Assembly (NCBI GenBank): GCA_043228905.1 | Contig: JBHGNT010000012.1 | Span: 15,252,001-15,316,000, forward strand | Direction of reading: 5' to 3' | Origin: Azolla caroliniana | Lineage: Eukaryota; Plantae; Polypodiophyta | Length of the DNA: 64,000 nt | Shown here: positions 23,277 through 36,000 of the stretch, in pieces | Layout: the number at the start of each line of letters is the position of its first letter | Numbering within the stretch: the first letter of the stretch is position 1 | Program-made: the position numbers and the translations under genes | The notes under the pieces: generated by a model | Told to the model about the DNA's origin: nothing | The model's input: the letters and a program-made list of their open reading frames with translations, nothing else | The model's database searches: none

Positions 23277-26200
23277 ACGGTACCGATTCGAAGCGGACAC
23301 CGGACCAGAACGGTAAAAGACCGGAGGGGAACGGGACCGAAAGGGAACGACGGCAATTGCGGCAAGGAAGAAGAGTTGATGCTCATCACCGAGGAGAGTG
23401 AGATAAACCTTGTCGGCGACGAGATGACCTGGGTGGTCGACTCCGGAGCGTCGTTCCACCTTACCCCGGACCGGAAATGCTTCTCATCCTACTCAGCCAG
23501 TGATCACAGCTGTGTCCGGATGGGGAATGAAGGTACATGCCGCATTGTCGGCATAGGAGACGTGTGGCTGAAAACACCAACCGGATGCAAGCTGCTACTG
23601 AAGGATGTCCGACATGTTCCGGAGGTTCGTCTGAACCTGATATCAGCCGATCGGCTAGATGATGAAGGCTACACGGGTAGCATCCGGAACGGTGTTATGA
23701 AGTTCAACAAAGGGAGCCTGATTGTGGCTCGGGCCCAGAAGGTAAACACGTTGTACCTGATGAATGCCCGGTTATGTCCGGAGGAAGTGAACGTGGCATC
23801 CGACACTGCCAGTGAGCTATGGCACAAGAGACTGTGTCACATGAGTGAGAAGGGGATGAAGAGGCTTGCAGACGACAACCTCATTCCAGTGAAGAATGTG
23901 CACTTGGAGAAGTGCACCGATTGTCTGGCCAGTAAACAAAACCGGACCTCCTTCCGATCAAGGCCACCGATGAGATGTAATGCGCCACTTGAATTGGTGC
24001 ATACGGATGTGTGTTAAGTGGACACAAAGTCACATGCCGGAGCGCAGTACTTCGTGACGTTCATAGATGACCACAGCCGAAAACTGTGGGCCACACCGTT
24101 GAAGACGAAGGATCAGGTGCTATCCGTCTTCAAAGAGCTCCACGCGATAGTGGAAAGAGAGACCGGCCGAAAGCTGAAGGCGGTTCGAGCAGATAACGGA
24201 GGTGAATACCGGGGGCAGTTCGAGGAGTATTGTCGCTCGAAGGGAATTCGGCTCGAATTTACCGTGTCGAAGACGCCGGAACTAAACGGGTTGGTCGAGA
24301 GGATGAACCGGACCATAATGGAGAGGGTCCGGAGTATGTTGGCGCATGAAAAATTACCCAAGACGTTCTGGGCTGAGGCGCTGTCGACAACGACATACGT
24401 GATAAACAGATCACCCTCAGTACGCTTGGACGGAGACACGCCGCAGAGAGTCTGGACCGGTAAGGAAGTGTCCTACCGGCATCTGAAGGTATTCGGGTGT
24501 CTCGCGTACGTGCATGTAGCTAAGGACCGGAGAGGAAAGTTAGATCCAAAGACCTGGCCATGCATATTCCTCGGTTATGGCGACGATGAGTTCGGCTACC
24601 GAGTGTGGGACCTGGTCGACAAGAAGGTATTCCAGAGTCGAGATATTATCTTCATGGAGGACAAGATGCTCGCCGACTGGGAGTCGGAGAAGAAGATAAT
24701 GAACTCCGAGTCGACCGGTAAGGATCGATTCTATGATGAACAGACCCAACCGGCAAGAGACCGGTTAACACTTGAGGAACCAGCCGGTTACAGTGAGGAT
24801 ACCAAACCGGCAAAAGAAGAAGTAGAGGAAGCTGAAACCGGAACCGGACAAGACCCTGAATCGGATTCGGATGAAGAGCAAATGGAGGAGTCGGTTACCG
24901 AAGCCCAGAGACGGAGATATCCTCTAGAAGAGAGAAGGGCACCCCGGAGATTTCCGGATGCAGAGCATGTGCTGCTAACCGATGAGGGGGAGCCAGAAAG
25001 CTTCGAAGAAGCGAAGGATGACACCCACAACCGCAAATGGTTAAGTGCCATACAGGATGAGATGGATTCCCTGCATGAGAACCATACGTACGAACTGGTG
25101 GAGTTGCCGAAAGGAAAGCGGGCACTCCGAAATAAGTGGGTGTACAAGTTGAAACCAGGAGATGTCGGCAACCCCCCGAGATACAAAGCCAGGATCGTGG
25201 TGAAGGGGTTCCAGCAGAAGAAGGGTGTGGACTTCGACGAGATATTTGCCCCGGTAGTAAAGCTGACTTCCATCCGGACGGTGCTGAGTATAGTGGCAAG
25301 CATGAACCTGGAGGTAGAATAGCTGGACGTGAAGACGGCATTCCTTCACGGCGACCTCGAAGAGGAGATCTACATGGAGCAACTGGAAGGATTCATGGAG
25401 AAAGGGAAGGAGCACTTGGTATGCCGGTTGAAGAAAAGCATGTACGGACTGAAGCAGGCTCCCCGACAGTGGTACTGGAAGTTCGACTCCTTCATGACCG
25501 ATCAAGGGTACCACAAGACGCAGGCCGATCATTGCGTGTTTGTGAAGAAGTTCGAAGAAGGCGACTTTCTTATACTCCTTCTGTACGTGGAGGACATGTT
25601 GATTGTCGGACGGGACCAAGCCAAAATACGGATGCTGAAGAAGGCTCTCAACCGGACCTTCTCAATGAAAGACTTGGGTCCGGCAAGACAGATGTTGGGG
25701 ATGTGTATCATCCGGAACCGGCCAACGAAGCAACTGTGGCTATCACAGGAGAAATACATGACAAAGGTGCTTCAGTGGTTCAACATGTCACATGTGAAAC
25801 CGGTCGGATCAACACTTCCGGCAAACTGCAGGTTATCTGGCAAACAAAGCCCGCAGACGAAAGCAGAGAAGGCTGATATGATAAAGGTTCCATATGCCTC
25901 TGCCGTCGGGAGCCTAATGTACGCAATGGTGTGTACCCGACCAGATATAGGATACGCAGTCGGAATGGTGAGCCGGTTTATGAGCAATCCCGACAAGGAG
26001 CACTGGAACGCGGTCAAATGGATACTCCGGTACTTGAAGGGCACTTCGCATATGTGTCTCCGATACGGCTCCGGAAAACCTCAACTTGACGGTTTTACCG
26101 ATTCGAACATGTCGGCTGATGTGGATACCAACCGGTCTACATCCAGGTATGTAATGACATATGTAGGGGGAGCTGTCTCGTGGCAATCGAGGCTGCAGAA

Positions 26201-27080
26201 GACGGTTACGTTGTCAACCACGGAGGTGGAGTACATTGCGGCTGTGGAAGCCGGCAAGGAAATATTATGGATGAAGGACTTCATCGGAGAGCTCGGTATC
26301 CGGCAAAATGAATATCGGCTCTATTGCGACAGTCAAAGTGCCATCCAATTTGCTAAGAATGCGGCCTACCATTCCCGGACGAAGCATATTCAGTGAAGGT
26401 ACCACTGGATCCGGGAAAGAGTAGATGACCAGGAGTTCGCACTGACGAAGATCCACACGGCCGAGAATGGGTCAGATATGCTGACCAAAGTCCTGATACC
26501 CGACAAGCTGGAAGCATGCCGGAAGTGGATCGGACTAGTAAGACACCCCATGCCGGAGTGAAGGGGGAGTTTGTTGGGAGACATGTCCCTCCGGATGGGA
26601 AGTGAGAAGTGTTATTCTCTGACCGGACAAGGCCTAACACAAGGTGTCACGAAGACACTTCACCAAAGGGTGATTACGGCATAGGATTATGACTCAACGA
26701 TTACACCGACCTAAGTAGGTTACACGATTAAAGCGCTTTTGTTAATTACACGCGTAAGATATAACAGTAAGTACAGAACGGAAATCAACACAGAAGTATA
26801 AACACCATACGCTCTATTAATTATCCGCTGTGATTACAATGGGGTCCGGGCCTTTAAATAGGTTTCCGGCCCGTAGTACAAAACGGTGCCTATCGCACCT
26901 ATTCGGGATCCGTCCGGATCTGGAACGGCATACCGTTTCCAGTCCGTCCGTCCATACTAGGCTTATTTACAACCATACTTAATTAATTCCTTCACTCCGT
27001 ATTTTGGACTCCTTGCCGGCCGGTAACACATGGCACGCCCGTGGGATAGTACCTTGTACGTCGAACCCTTCTCGGCCCCT

Positions 27081-29750
27081 TCATTGTTCACCCAAATTGT
27101 CCAAAATACTTTGTTCCAGAGTTTCCAATTGTTCTTCCGGTTGTGGTTGTTGCGGCTGTGCTTGCTGCTGCTGCTGCGGTTGCGGTTGGGACTGAGCCTG
27201 CTCCGGCTGCTCCATAGGCGGCTGCTCCGTTTGTTTCTCTGACTCCAACATCCCCGTTTGACTGCTTCCGGTCCGGTCTCCTTCCAGTAATGGTTCCTCA
27301 TCACTGAGGTTGACCGTTACTGGTTCTCGTGCTTTCTCTTCCCGGATTTGGGACCTCTCGTAGCTTTCAAACTGGATCTGCGCCTCCAGCCTGTCATCGT
27401 CCAGCTGAGCTACAAGTTGCCGGACTTGCCCTAGTTGGTCCTCTGCTAAGGCTTGAAAGTCTTCGGCCAGCTCATCTCTTATGCCGGTGAAGTCTTCGGA
27501 AGTCAGCATATAGCAATCATCTCCCTCCTTCCGCCGGTTCTCTACGTCGGCCCGGAGCAATTGGAGTTCCGCCGCGTTCGAGGCCCACTTGGTCCACCAT
27601 TTGGCGGAACCGTTGTCAATCAAGCTCTTGGTCTGGTTCAACCAGGCCCGCATGATATCCTGGATGCGACTTGCTCCCATTTGCGCTCTACTTTCCACAA
27701 CTTGTCGTTCCTCCTTCAACTGCTTGATGAGATTAGCCGTATCCTCCGCCTGCTCTCTGTAGCGCGTCAGCTGCCCTTGATATGTTGTTTGCAGCCTCTG
27801 CAGTACCTCCGCCGCTCTTTCTTTTTCTGCCTGCTGTTGCCTGAGGAGCTCTGTCCGAACCTTCTCTGCCTCTTCCAACCGTCTTCTGGTTTCCGCTTGT
27901 TCATTAGCGTATGTCGTTGCGGTCCGATCAACTGCTTGCCGGAGCTCATCCGTCCGTTCCTTGTGCTCCATTTGCAACCGTTTATACTCCCGGTGCAAGT
28001 GCTCAAATTCCTCCGTTTTTTGTTTGAGCTTGCCGTTGATCTGGCGATGGCTCCGGTCCTCCCGGTCCTTTAGCTGCCGGAGTTCCTCTTTCAGGCGCTC
28101 TACTTCTGTTTCGGCGTTTCTCCGGAGCCTGTCCTTCTCTTGCAGCATTTTCTCCTTCTCCTCCTTGAGCCGGTCGTACGCTTGGTGGCCTTTTCGTAAG
28201 CTCTCCTCGGCCCAACGTAGCTTCTCAGCAGTCTTTTTGAGTTCTGCCTCCGCTGCCGTCTTCAACTCTCTTTCGCGGCTCCTCAGCGCTTCTTGGGCAG
28301 CTAGCTCATCCTTTAAGTCCGCAAGCTCTTGGGGTTGTGCCGCATTTCTCTCCGGAACGGTTTCCGTTGCCGAGGTCTGATTGCTATGTACAGGTTGATC
28401 TGACGCTTTATTCTGTACATTGCCCGGAGTCACCGGTGCTTGGACTTGTGTTGTCAAAGCCAATTGAGCCATTTCCCTTGTGACCCTGTCCAAGTCTTGT
28501 TCAAGGCTCCGGATTCTGGACCGGGCCGTCTCTAGATCTACGGTTGTGACGAGCAACCGTTCGTGGTGCGCTCTCTCCTCCGCCTCTATGTACTCGACCG
28601 CTCCGGCGATCTGCTCGCCTACCCACCGTAGCCACATGCTACTGGTGCCTTGCTGCTGTACTGGTCGGGTCGGCTCGTTCACTGTGGAATTGTCTGGCCT
28701 GAGTGCCTGTATCTGCCGTTCTGGTTCTACTCCTTGGCCGCCGTGTGTGCTGGCTGGGCTCGCCGGCTGTTGAGTTCCGGTTCTCGCCGTCTCCGGAGCC
28801 GTTGGAATGACTTCTTGTACAGAAGTCGACAAGGCCAGTTCTATACGCACCGGTTCCGGTTCCTCCCTTGTGGTTTGCTCAGGTTGAGTTGGGGGCGTTT
28901 CTTCCTTTTGCGGGTCCGAACGCTCCCCCGCTATCCCGGCGGTCCTACTTTTTGACCGTCGTTGGAGGTGCTCTTCTGGCTCCTCCGTTTCCTCTTCCTG
29001 GGTAACGGCATGTCTCTGTTCCGTGACGGGTTCCGGTTCCTTCTGTCCCGGTCGCCGTATGGTTATCTTCACGGGTCGGACCGGTGACACCTCCTCCGGT
29101 TCTGGGAGTCGTTTCTTCCCTTTGGTCGCCTTCGACGCCAGCAGCTGCTGTCGTTTGGACGCGGGTTTCGAGTTGCTTCCTTCCGATAATCTTGGCCGCT
29201 TCTTTGGCTGAACGGTCTCGACCGGCGGCACGAGCAATGTTATCCACTGAGCTACGGCATGCCACAGCTTCCGGCCCTCCTTGCCGTCCTTTCCTCGTAC
29301 CGTGTCGATTGCCGCGCACAGCCCGTCTGCAATCAACACCGGCCAATCCACCTTGATCCCTTCATAGGTGGCTATGATCATCCCTGCCCGATTTTTTGGC
29401 ATGACAGGGGGTCGGGGGTACACGTGGCCGTACTCATGGAGCACTCGAGCTATCTCCCTGAATAGCGGGTCTTCGCCGCCCTGCGTTCAATAGCCTTTGC
29501 CGGCTACAGAGTACTCACCGAAATATCGGATGAGTTGCTCCGAGGTTGGGTTATCAATCTGAAAAATACCTCCCTCCGGAAGGCCTGTTAGCGCACGGAT
29601 CGCTTCCTCGGTGATGACTTCTTTGTCGAGCTCCTTGATGACCTGGTCGGCTTCTTTGTGCGGTGGTGCCTCCATGATGGTCAAGAACCCATCCAGTCCG
29701 TGTTGCCTGAACCATTTCCTGGCCGCTTCCGACAGCGTTTGTGGTTCCAT
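27081..29750 (-). pseudogene. Additional ~890-codon ORF 3' of pol (PMD-like N-terminus, long coiled coil), one internal stop at 29487-29489
   Basis: MEPQTL... at 29750 is in frame with the 787-aa ORF across a single TGA; motif ITEEAIRALTGLPEGG; E/Q/R/K-rich heptad region; Q/P-rich tail. Confidence 0.75.
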
Positions 29751-32204
29751 GTCTGCTTCGAGGTCGAGGAAAGATGGCGAGGTAGAGTGGTGATGAGAGT
29801 GAGAGCGAGAGAGAGAGCATTCCGAACGTGGGGGTTCTCTGAGTGCAGGTTCGCGTTTGCTAAGCTTCCACTGCCTTGGTGCTTCTGTGCTTCTTGGCTC
29901 GCGAAAAAAAAAGGTCTCCATGCGTTCTTCTTTTTCTCTGTGCGTCTTGGCGCCTTTTTCGAGCATGCGCACGTCGTGTACCAATTTAGTATTAAGTAAT
30001 GTGGCGGCTCTTAAATGCCCACTACGTACCTTTTCACCGGCAAGTGTCCCTAACTGATAGGACCCGTTGTATTCCCGTGTTAGCCAATACGGGCCTGTCC
30101 ATCTAAACCGGAGTTTACCCGGCATCTTGCCCATCCTCGTTTGGAATACTAGCACCGGCTTTCCGATTTCGAACATCTTTTCATTACCTTTCCGGTGACG
30201 GTCAACGAACGCTTTCCGTCGTCGTTGCTCCAGTTCCATGTGTAGGATGCTGGCCAGCCGTTGCTCCTCCAGTTCGCATAGTGCTGCTAGCCGCATTTCC
30301 TCCGACTCCTTTTCATTCAGCCGTTCCCGTAGTTGGATCCGTAAGCTTGGTACCTGAAATTCCACCGGCATGACCGCCTCTAAGCCGAACGCTAACCGGA
30401 ACGGTGTTGTCCGGATACTTGTTTTGTATGTCGTTCGGTACGCCCATAGCGCGCTATGGAGCTTTGTATCCCAGTCCGTCCGGTTTTCATTGACGATTTT
30501 GCGGAGAATGTTCTGGAGCGTTTTGTTGGTTGACTCTGCTAACCCATTTGCTTGTGGGTAGTACGGTGTGCTCCGTTTATGGACCACGGCATAGAACGTT
30601 GTTAAGCTTTCAACTACCTGGCCGAGGAAGTGCCCTCCTTGGTCGCTGATTAATTCAATCGGACATCCATATCGGCACCAAATGTTCTCGTACAGGAATT
30701 TTGTTGTGGATGACGCGGTGTTGTCTCTCAAGGCCTTAGCCTCCACCCATTTAGTGCAATAATCTGTTGCCACGATGACATAACGATTACCCGTTCTCAT
30801 TGCCGGTGGCTTGAACGGTCCGACAAAATCCAACCCCCACTTTTGGAATGGCTCTAGTGGAAGTACCGGTTGGTGTGGCATCCGTGCTTGCTCCGTAGGC
30901 TGGCCCATTCGTTGGCATAGGTCACATTCCTTAGCATACTTGACGGCGTCTTTTAACGTCGTGGGCCACCATAAGCCGCTCTGCCATACTTTCCTTGCCG
31001 TCGCTTCCCCGGCATAGTGTCCTCCGGCAACCCCACAGTGTGCTTCCCATAAGATTACTTGTTTCTCGTCACTACGGACTGCCCGTCTCCATATTCCATC
31101 TGCTCCCTTGTGGTAGAGAGTGTCCCGTAACAGACAGAAATTGCGGCTCTGCACCGCCAGTCGTTTCCTCTCGTCCCGGTTCATTTCCTCCGGTGGCAGG
31201 CCCGTGCTTAGGAACTGGTGCATGTTTGTCAGCCACCTATCTTCTGATGCCACCGTGTCGTCCGCTGCCGTTTCCAGGGTGATACGGAATAACTCTGCGT
31301 CCGGGAATTCATCCGATACTCCGTCGCCTGATTCTCCGGACTCTAACCGGCTCAGGTAGTCTGCTACGGCATGCTGGATACCGGGCCGGTGGAAGATCTC
31401 GAATTCGAACTCCTGCAACAGCAAGGTCCAACGGGCCAACTTACCGGTCAGGGACGCCTTGGACACTAAGTACAGGAGCGCCGAGTAATCCACATGAAAG
31501 GAGAACTTCCTTCCCAATAGGTAATGACGAAACTTTGTTACACAGTAGATCATGCCCAGGGCCTCCCGTTCCGTAGTCGAATAGTTCTTCTCCGCTTGGG
31601 ACAGCTTCCGGCTGGCGTAATATACCGGCCGGTACCATTTAGGCTCCGTAAGTTGCATTAAGGCGCTGCCGATAGCGATGTCGGAAGCGTCAACGAACAC
31701 ATGAAATTCCTTGCTCCAATCCGAAGGCTGCACGATGGGTGCTTGCGACAAAAGTACCTGCAGGGCATTGTATGCCTTATCCTCCGTATCCGTCCATTGG
31801 AACGGTGTCCGATGTACCGCGGTGTGTAATGGTGTAGCCAAGTCAGCCAAGTGACGGAGCATCCGGCTGTGCCACTGGATCTGTCCTAAGAATCGGCTTA
31901 GTGCTTTGGCCGTTTTCGGCGCCGATGCCCCTAGTATCGCGTTTACTTTGTCCGGGTCGACCGCAATGCCCTCCTTACTTACAATGTGTCCCAGTAAGAT
32001 TCCACTTGACACCCCAAAGACGCATTTTGCTGGGTTTAAGCTTAGCCGGTATAACCTACACTTTTCAAGGCATAACCGTAATTGCTGCAAATGGTCTTTT
32101 TCCCGGCTATAGACTGCAAAGTCATCCAGGAAAACCTGCATGAAGGTTGGAATGTATTCGCCGAAGATCTCCATGATGATTCGCTGGAAAGTTGCTGGTG
32201 CCGT

Positions 32205-33027
32205 TGTCGTGCCTTTCGGCTCCGGATCGTTTGCGTGAGTCGGGTGGGAACCACAGAGGTCTTGGACTAGGAGAAAGAAGTTCGTGAGATAGAGATTAAT
32301 TATGAGTAAATAGCAAAGAGAAAGATAAGAAACTCGTGAATCACACGAGCATACTATATTAATTGGTACTTAGGGTGTTAAGAGAGAAGTAGATGTATAA
32401 ATCGTGAATCCCACGAATAATTTTTGTATTGATTAATACTTAATCCAAATAATCAACAACCATATACATATTTCTCTCCTCCTTATATAAGGAAGGAAGA
32501 GCTAAGCATGGCTTCATGCTTTTTTTTTTACAAAAAGTGTTCATGTCCACTAAATGTGCATGTGATGCTTTTTTTATTTCCTAAGTATAGGGCTCATGCA
32601 CGCTAGATGTGCATGAGTTATTTTTAGTGTCTCGTGTTTTTCTTTTCTTTTCTTTTTTTCATATATTAAAAAATACACGATTTACCTTTTAATAAAGGTA
32701 TGCATAAATAAAGGTCTTATACCTATGAAATCTATATTTAAAACACTTAAGATAAGTTAATGTAATGGTAAGGTTGGGGTTTGTCAACGTGGAGGTGCAG
32801 AGTTCGAATCACGCCCTGCGCAGTATTGAGTATTTCTTTTTATTTTTACGTTTATGTCTCTTTATCCGGCTCTTCCTTGCCGGTATGCCGTTTTCTTCCT
32901 TGCCGGTATACCGTTTTTCCTCCTTGCCGGTATGCCGTTTTTCCTCCGGTTCTCACCGAGCACTCCATTCTCTATCCGGAGGGACAAAAATATAATTTCC
33001 ACATAGTGTGCAACCTACACTACGACA
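32205..33027 (-). mobile_element. Solo LTR (823 bp), relative of the 42489 LTR
   Basis: Shares terminal ...CCGAAAGGCACGACA and TGTCGTAGTGTA; perfect 4-bp TSD CCGT inside the Gypsy RT. Confidence 0.92.
32752..32820 (+). promoter_or_regulatory. tRNA-like A-box/B-box cassette in LTR
   Basis: TAATGTAATGGTAA (32758) and AGTTCGAATCA (32801). Confidence 0.55.
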
Positions 33028-36000
33028 CCGTTTTTAGTCCGAACATCATTACTACGGCCACAAACACCCCCCATTCGGTGACGAACGTTGTCTTCTCCTG
33101 GTCGTCAGGGTGCATCCGGATTTCATTGTATCCGCTGAACCCGTCTAAAAAGCTATAAACTTCATGGCCGGCGACGGCATCCAGTACTCCATCCGTGAAC
33201 GGAAGAGGGAATGCATCCGTAATTGTGGCTGCATTTAGTTTCCTGTAATCTACACACACGCGGATTTTACCGTTCTTCTTTGGGACGACGACGATGGGGC
33301 TCAGCCACGTCGCTTTCTTTACCGGCCGGATGAAGCCCACTCTTAGGAGTTTGTCGATTTCCTCCTTCACTTTGGCGGCGTAGTTGGGGTTCATTCGGTA
33401 ACGTCTTTGCGCTACTGGTTTCGCGTCCTTGCCTAAGTGGATTTGATGCTGATATAATTGAGGGTCCAGCCCTCGCATGTCTTCGTATGACCAGGCGAAT
33501 ACGTCGCGAAACTCCGTGAGAAGTTTGATCATCGCCGCTTTATCTTCCGGCTTCATTTCTTTGGCGATGTGTACCGGCTTTGATTCGTCCTTGCTTCCTA
33601 GGTTCACTTCGTCGAGCTGGGATGTTTTTACCCGATGGGAAACGGCCATTTCCCGTTCCAACGCTTCCTGTGCTTGCCGTAATTCCCGAATCGCATCTTT
33701 GTCTGGTTCGGCTTCGGTTTCGTCCCGCTGCGGCAAGTATGGCGCTACGGCTTCAGCTACATCAATCTCAAAGAGTGGTACGATCTTCGGGTGTTCCTCC
33801 AAGTACTGGGCTTCTTCGTCGTCTGCCAACCCTTCAAGCATGTTCACGCATTCCGCATACAGCGGTGTACATTCCTTACCGTTGCTCGTCCGTGGTTGTG
33901 TCGGTACCCGGACCTTGGCTTTTCCACGCCGGAAGGTAATCATATTTTTCCGCCAATTTTGCTTGATGTGTGCTGTTTTCAACCATGGTCTGCCCAGCAA
34001 CAGTGGGTACGCGCCTTGCGCCTGTAGCTGCAGCACTACAGCCGAGATATGAAATGTGTGACCTCCTATGGTGACTTCCAATTTCCGTATTATGCCCGTC
34101 GGCCGTACAGAGCTCGTATCCGCCATCCGTAGCCAGAACGGACATGGCTCCCATTCATGTATACCCAAGGCATCACACGTGCGGAGGCTTATTACGTTCA
34201 CCCCGGAACCTCCATCGATTACTGTGCCGGGAAGTTCGTGCCCTTTGACAATAGCTGTAATCACCGGACTACTAGTGTCCACCACCGTCGGTCCCTCCTC
34301 CGGATTCGAGAAGAGGACTGGTGCCGGTGGGGCTATACCGTCTGTCATGACCGTTTTTAGTCCTTCCGTAAATCGCGGCACGAGCTGCAAGAGTCTTCCT
34401 AATGGCAACGTGATCTGACATTCTTGCAGTGCTTGCCATGTCTCGTTTTCTGCGTGGCTACCGCCGGCACTCCCTATGGTATTCGCCTTTTGTCGTTCCG
34501 CGTCCGCGACGTTCCTTTCATTGGCTTCCTTCACCCATTCCGTCGCCTGTTTTCGTATGGCCTCTTGTGTTTCCCACTCTTTGGCCATGCCTTTCGACCG
34601 TGTGGTTACTTGCTGTACATCCGCCACTTCCGGAACCACCATATTAACTGCTGGTCGTTTATCGTAGCTCTTTGCTGGGCACTGGTTACTGTAGTGGCCT
34701 TCCTGCTTGCAGTAGTAGCAGTACTCTTTACGGGTATTGCTGGATTCAGCATTGCTGGTAGCCAGAGTCGGTCCCGTAGTGAGTGGTGCGTTCTGTGCCG
34801 GTTGGCTCCTTGGGGTTCCATGTTCCGGGTCCCTAGGGTGACCACCTTTCTTGAAATTACGTTTCTTATTATTCTTATTTTTATTTCGGTAGTCCTGTCG
34901 TGGTGGATCGTAAAATCGGCCGTAGTCCTCCTGGTGCCTTCGGTAACCAGGGGAATGGTCTCTGTCGTATTGCTCGTGTCGTCTGTTGGACTCCCGATAA
35001 CGGTCTGATCGCTCATACCGGTCGTAGTTATCATGCCGATCCCCGTACCGGCCATCATTCTCTTGTCTGCCTCCGTACTGGACATCCTGTGCCGGTCGGT
35101 ACCGGTTCATTCTTTGCCAACGATCTTCTTCTTCGTCTCGGCTGCTTCTTGGCTCGATCCGTCGGACGGGTGGTGCTTGTCGGTTTAGCAGGTTATACTC
35201 GCACCGGTCCGTTGTATGACTCTTGGATTGACAAATCACACACTGGGTTCGCATGGTGCACTCCACTGCCGAGTGTCCGGCATTCAAGCAGATTGTGCAT
35301 TGAATTACCTGCCGGAACCGGAGATCTTCATCTGTGGGTAACGCCCGTTGCAGTGCTCCCAGTGTAAGCCATGAGCTTGACTTTTCCATTTCTCTGACCC
35401 GGTCAATGACCTGGTCAATGGTGCTTCCTCGAAAGTCGATCACCGTACACACCGTGCGTAACAGTTCCCGGAGTGCGTTTAAAAATATCGTCCGTAATTC
35501 CTCCTCCGAGGGTGCACGGGCAAGCTGGCTATGCATTCGTTGGAAACGGATGACGAATTGGGGAATGCTTTCCCCTGCCTCCTGTTGGATCGTATAAAAC
35601 AGGCCCACCATTGTCGTCTGGTCGACCTCCTTGTGGAAAAAATGCAAGAATTTTGCTTTTAATTCTGCAAAGGTTGTGATGGTCGCCGGGTCCTGCGTCC
35701 GCCGCCATCGTGCCGCTGGTCCTTCCAACGTGACCCCGAATTCCGCTATCTTCGAGCGTTCTTCTTCCTCCGGTGTCAGTCGCTAGGACGCGTGATTTGC
35801 TTCCCATGTCTTCTCGAAGGCATGAACATGCGCTTCCGCGTCCGGGTCATCGCGATACTTTGAGTATTGGAACGGCATGTCGTCGTCCAGTATTAGGGCG
35901 CGGTTTAGTGGCGTTTGTTGATATCTTTCCGGTTTTCTCTCCGGTTCCACTTCCGGTTCTTTTGCTGGTGCTTTTTCCGGTTCCTTCACCGGCTCTTTCG

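Larger units (their letters stand above)
21857..26560 (+). pseudogene. Copia gag-pol polyprotein with nonsense mutations and a solo-LTR insertion
   Basis: CFYCGKLGHFQKNC, WVVDSGASFH, LWHKRLCHMS, VRADNGGEY, KTAFLHGDLEE, LYVEDML, YHSRTKHI; stops at 21965, 24015, 25320, 26394. Confidence 0.93.

Noticed and set aside
29487-32174. 895-aa RT-integrase-novel domain fusion protein
   Set aside because: The integrase stops abruptly after GPY...GTLAGEK and runs through leader-like sequence; best explained by an internal deletion that kept the frame
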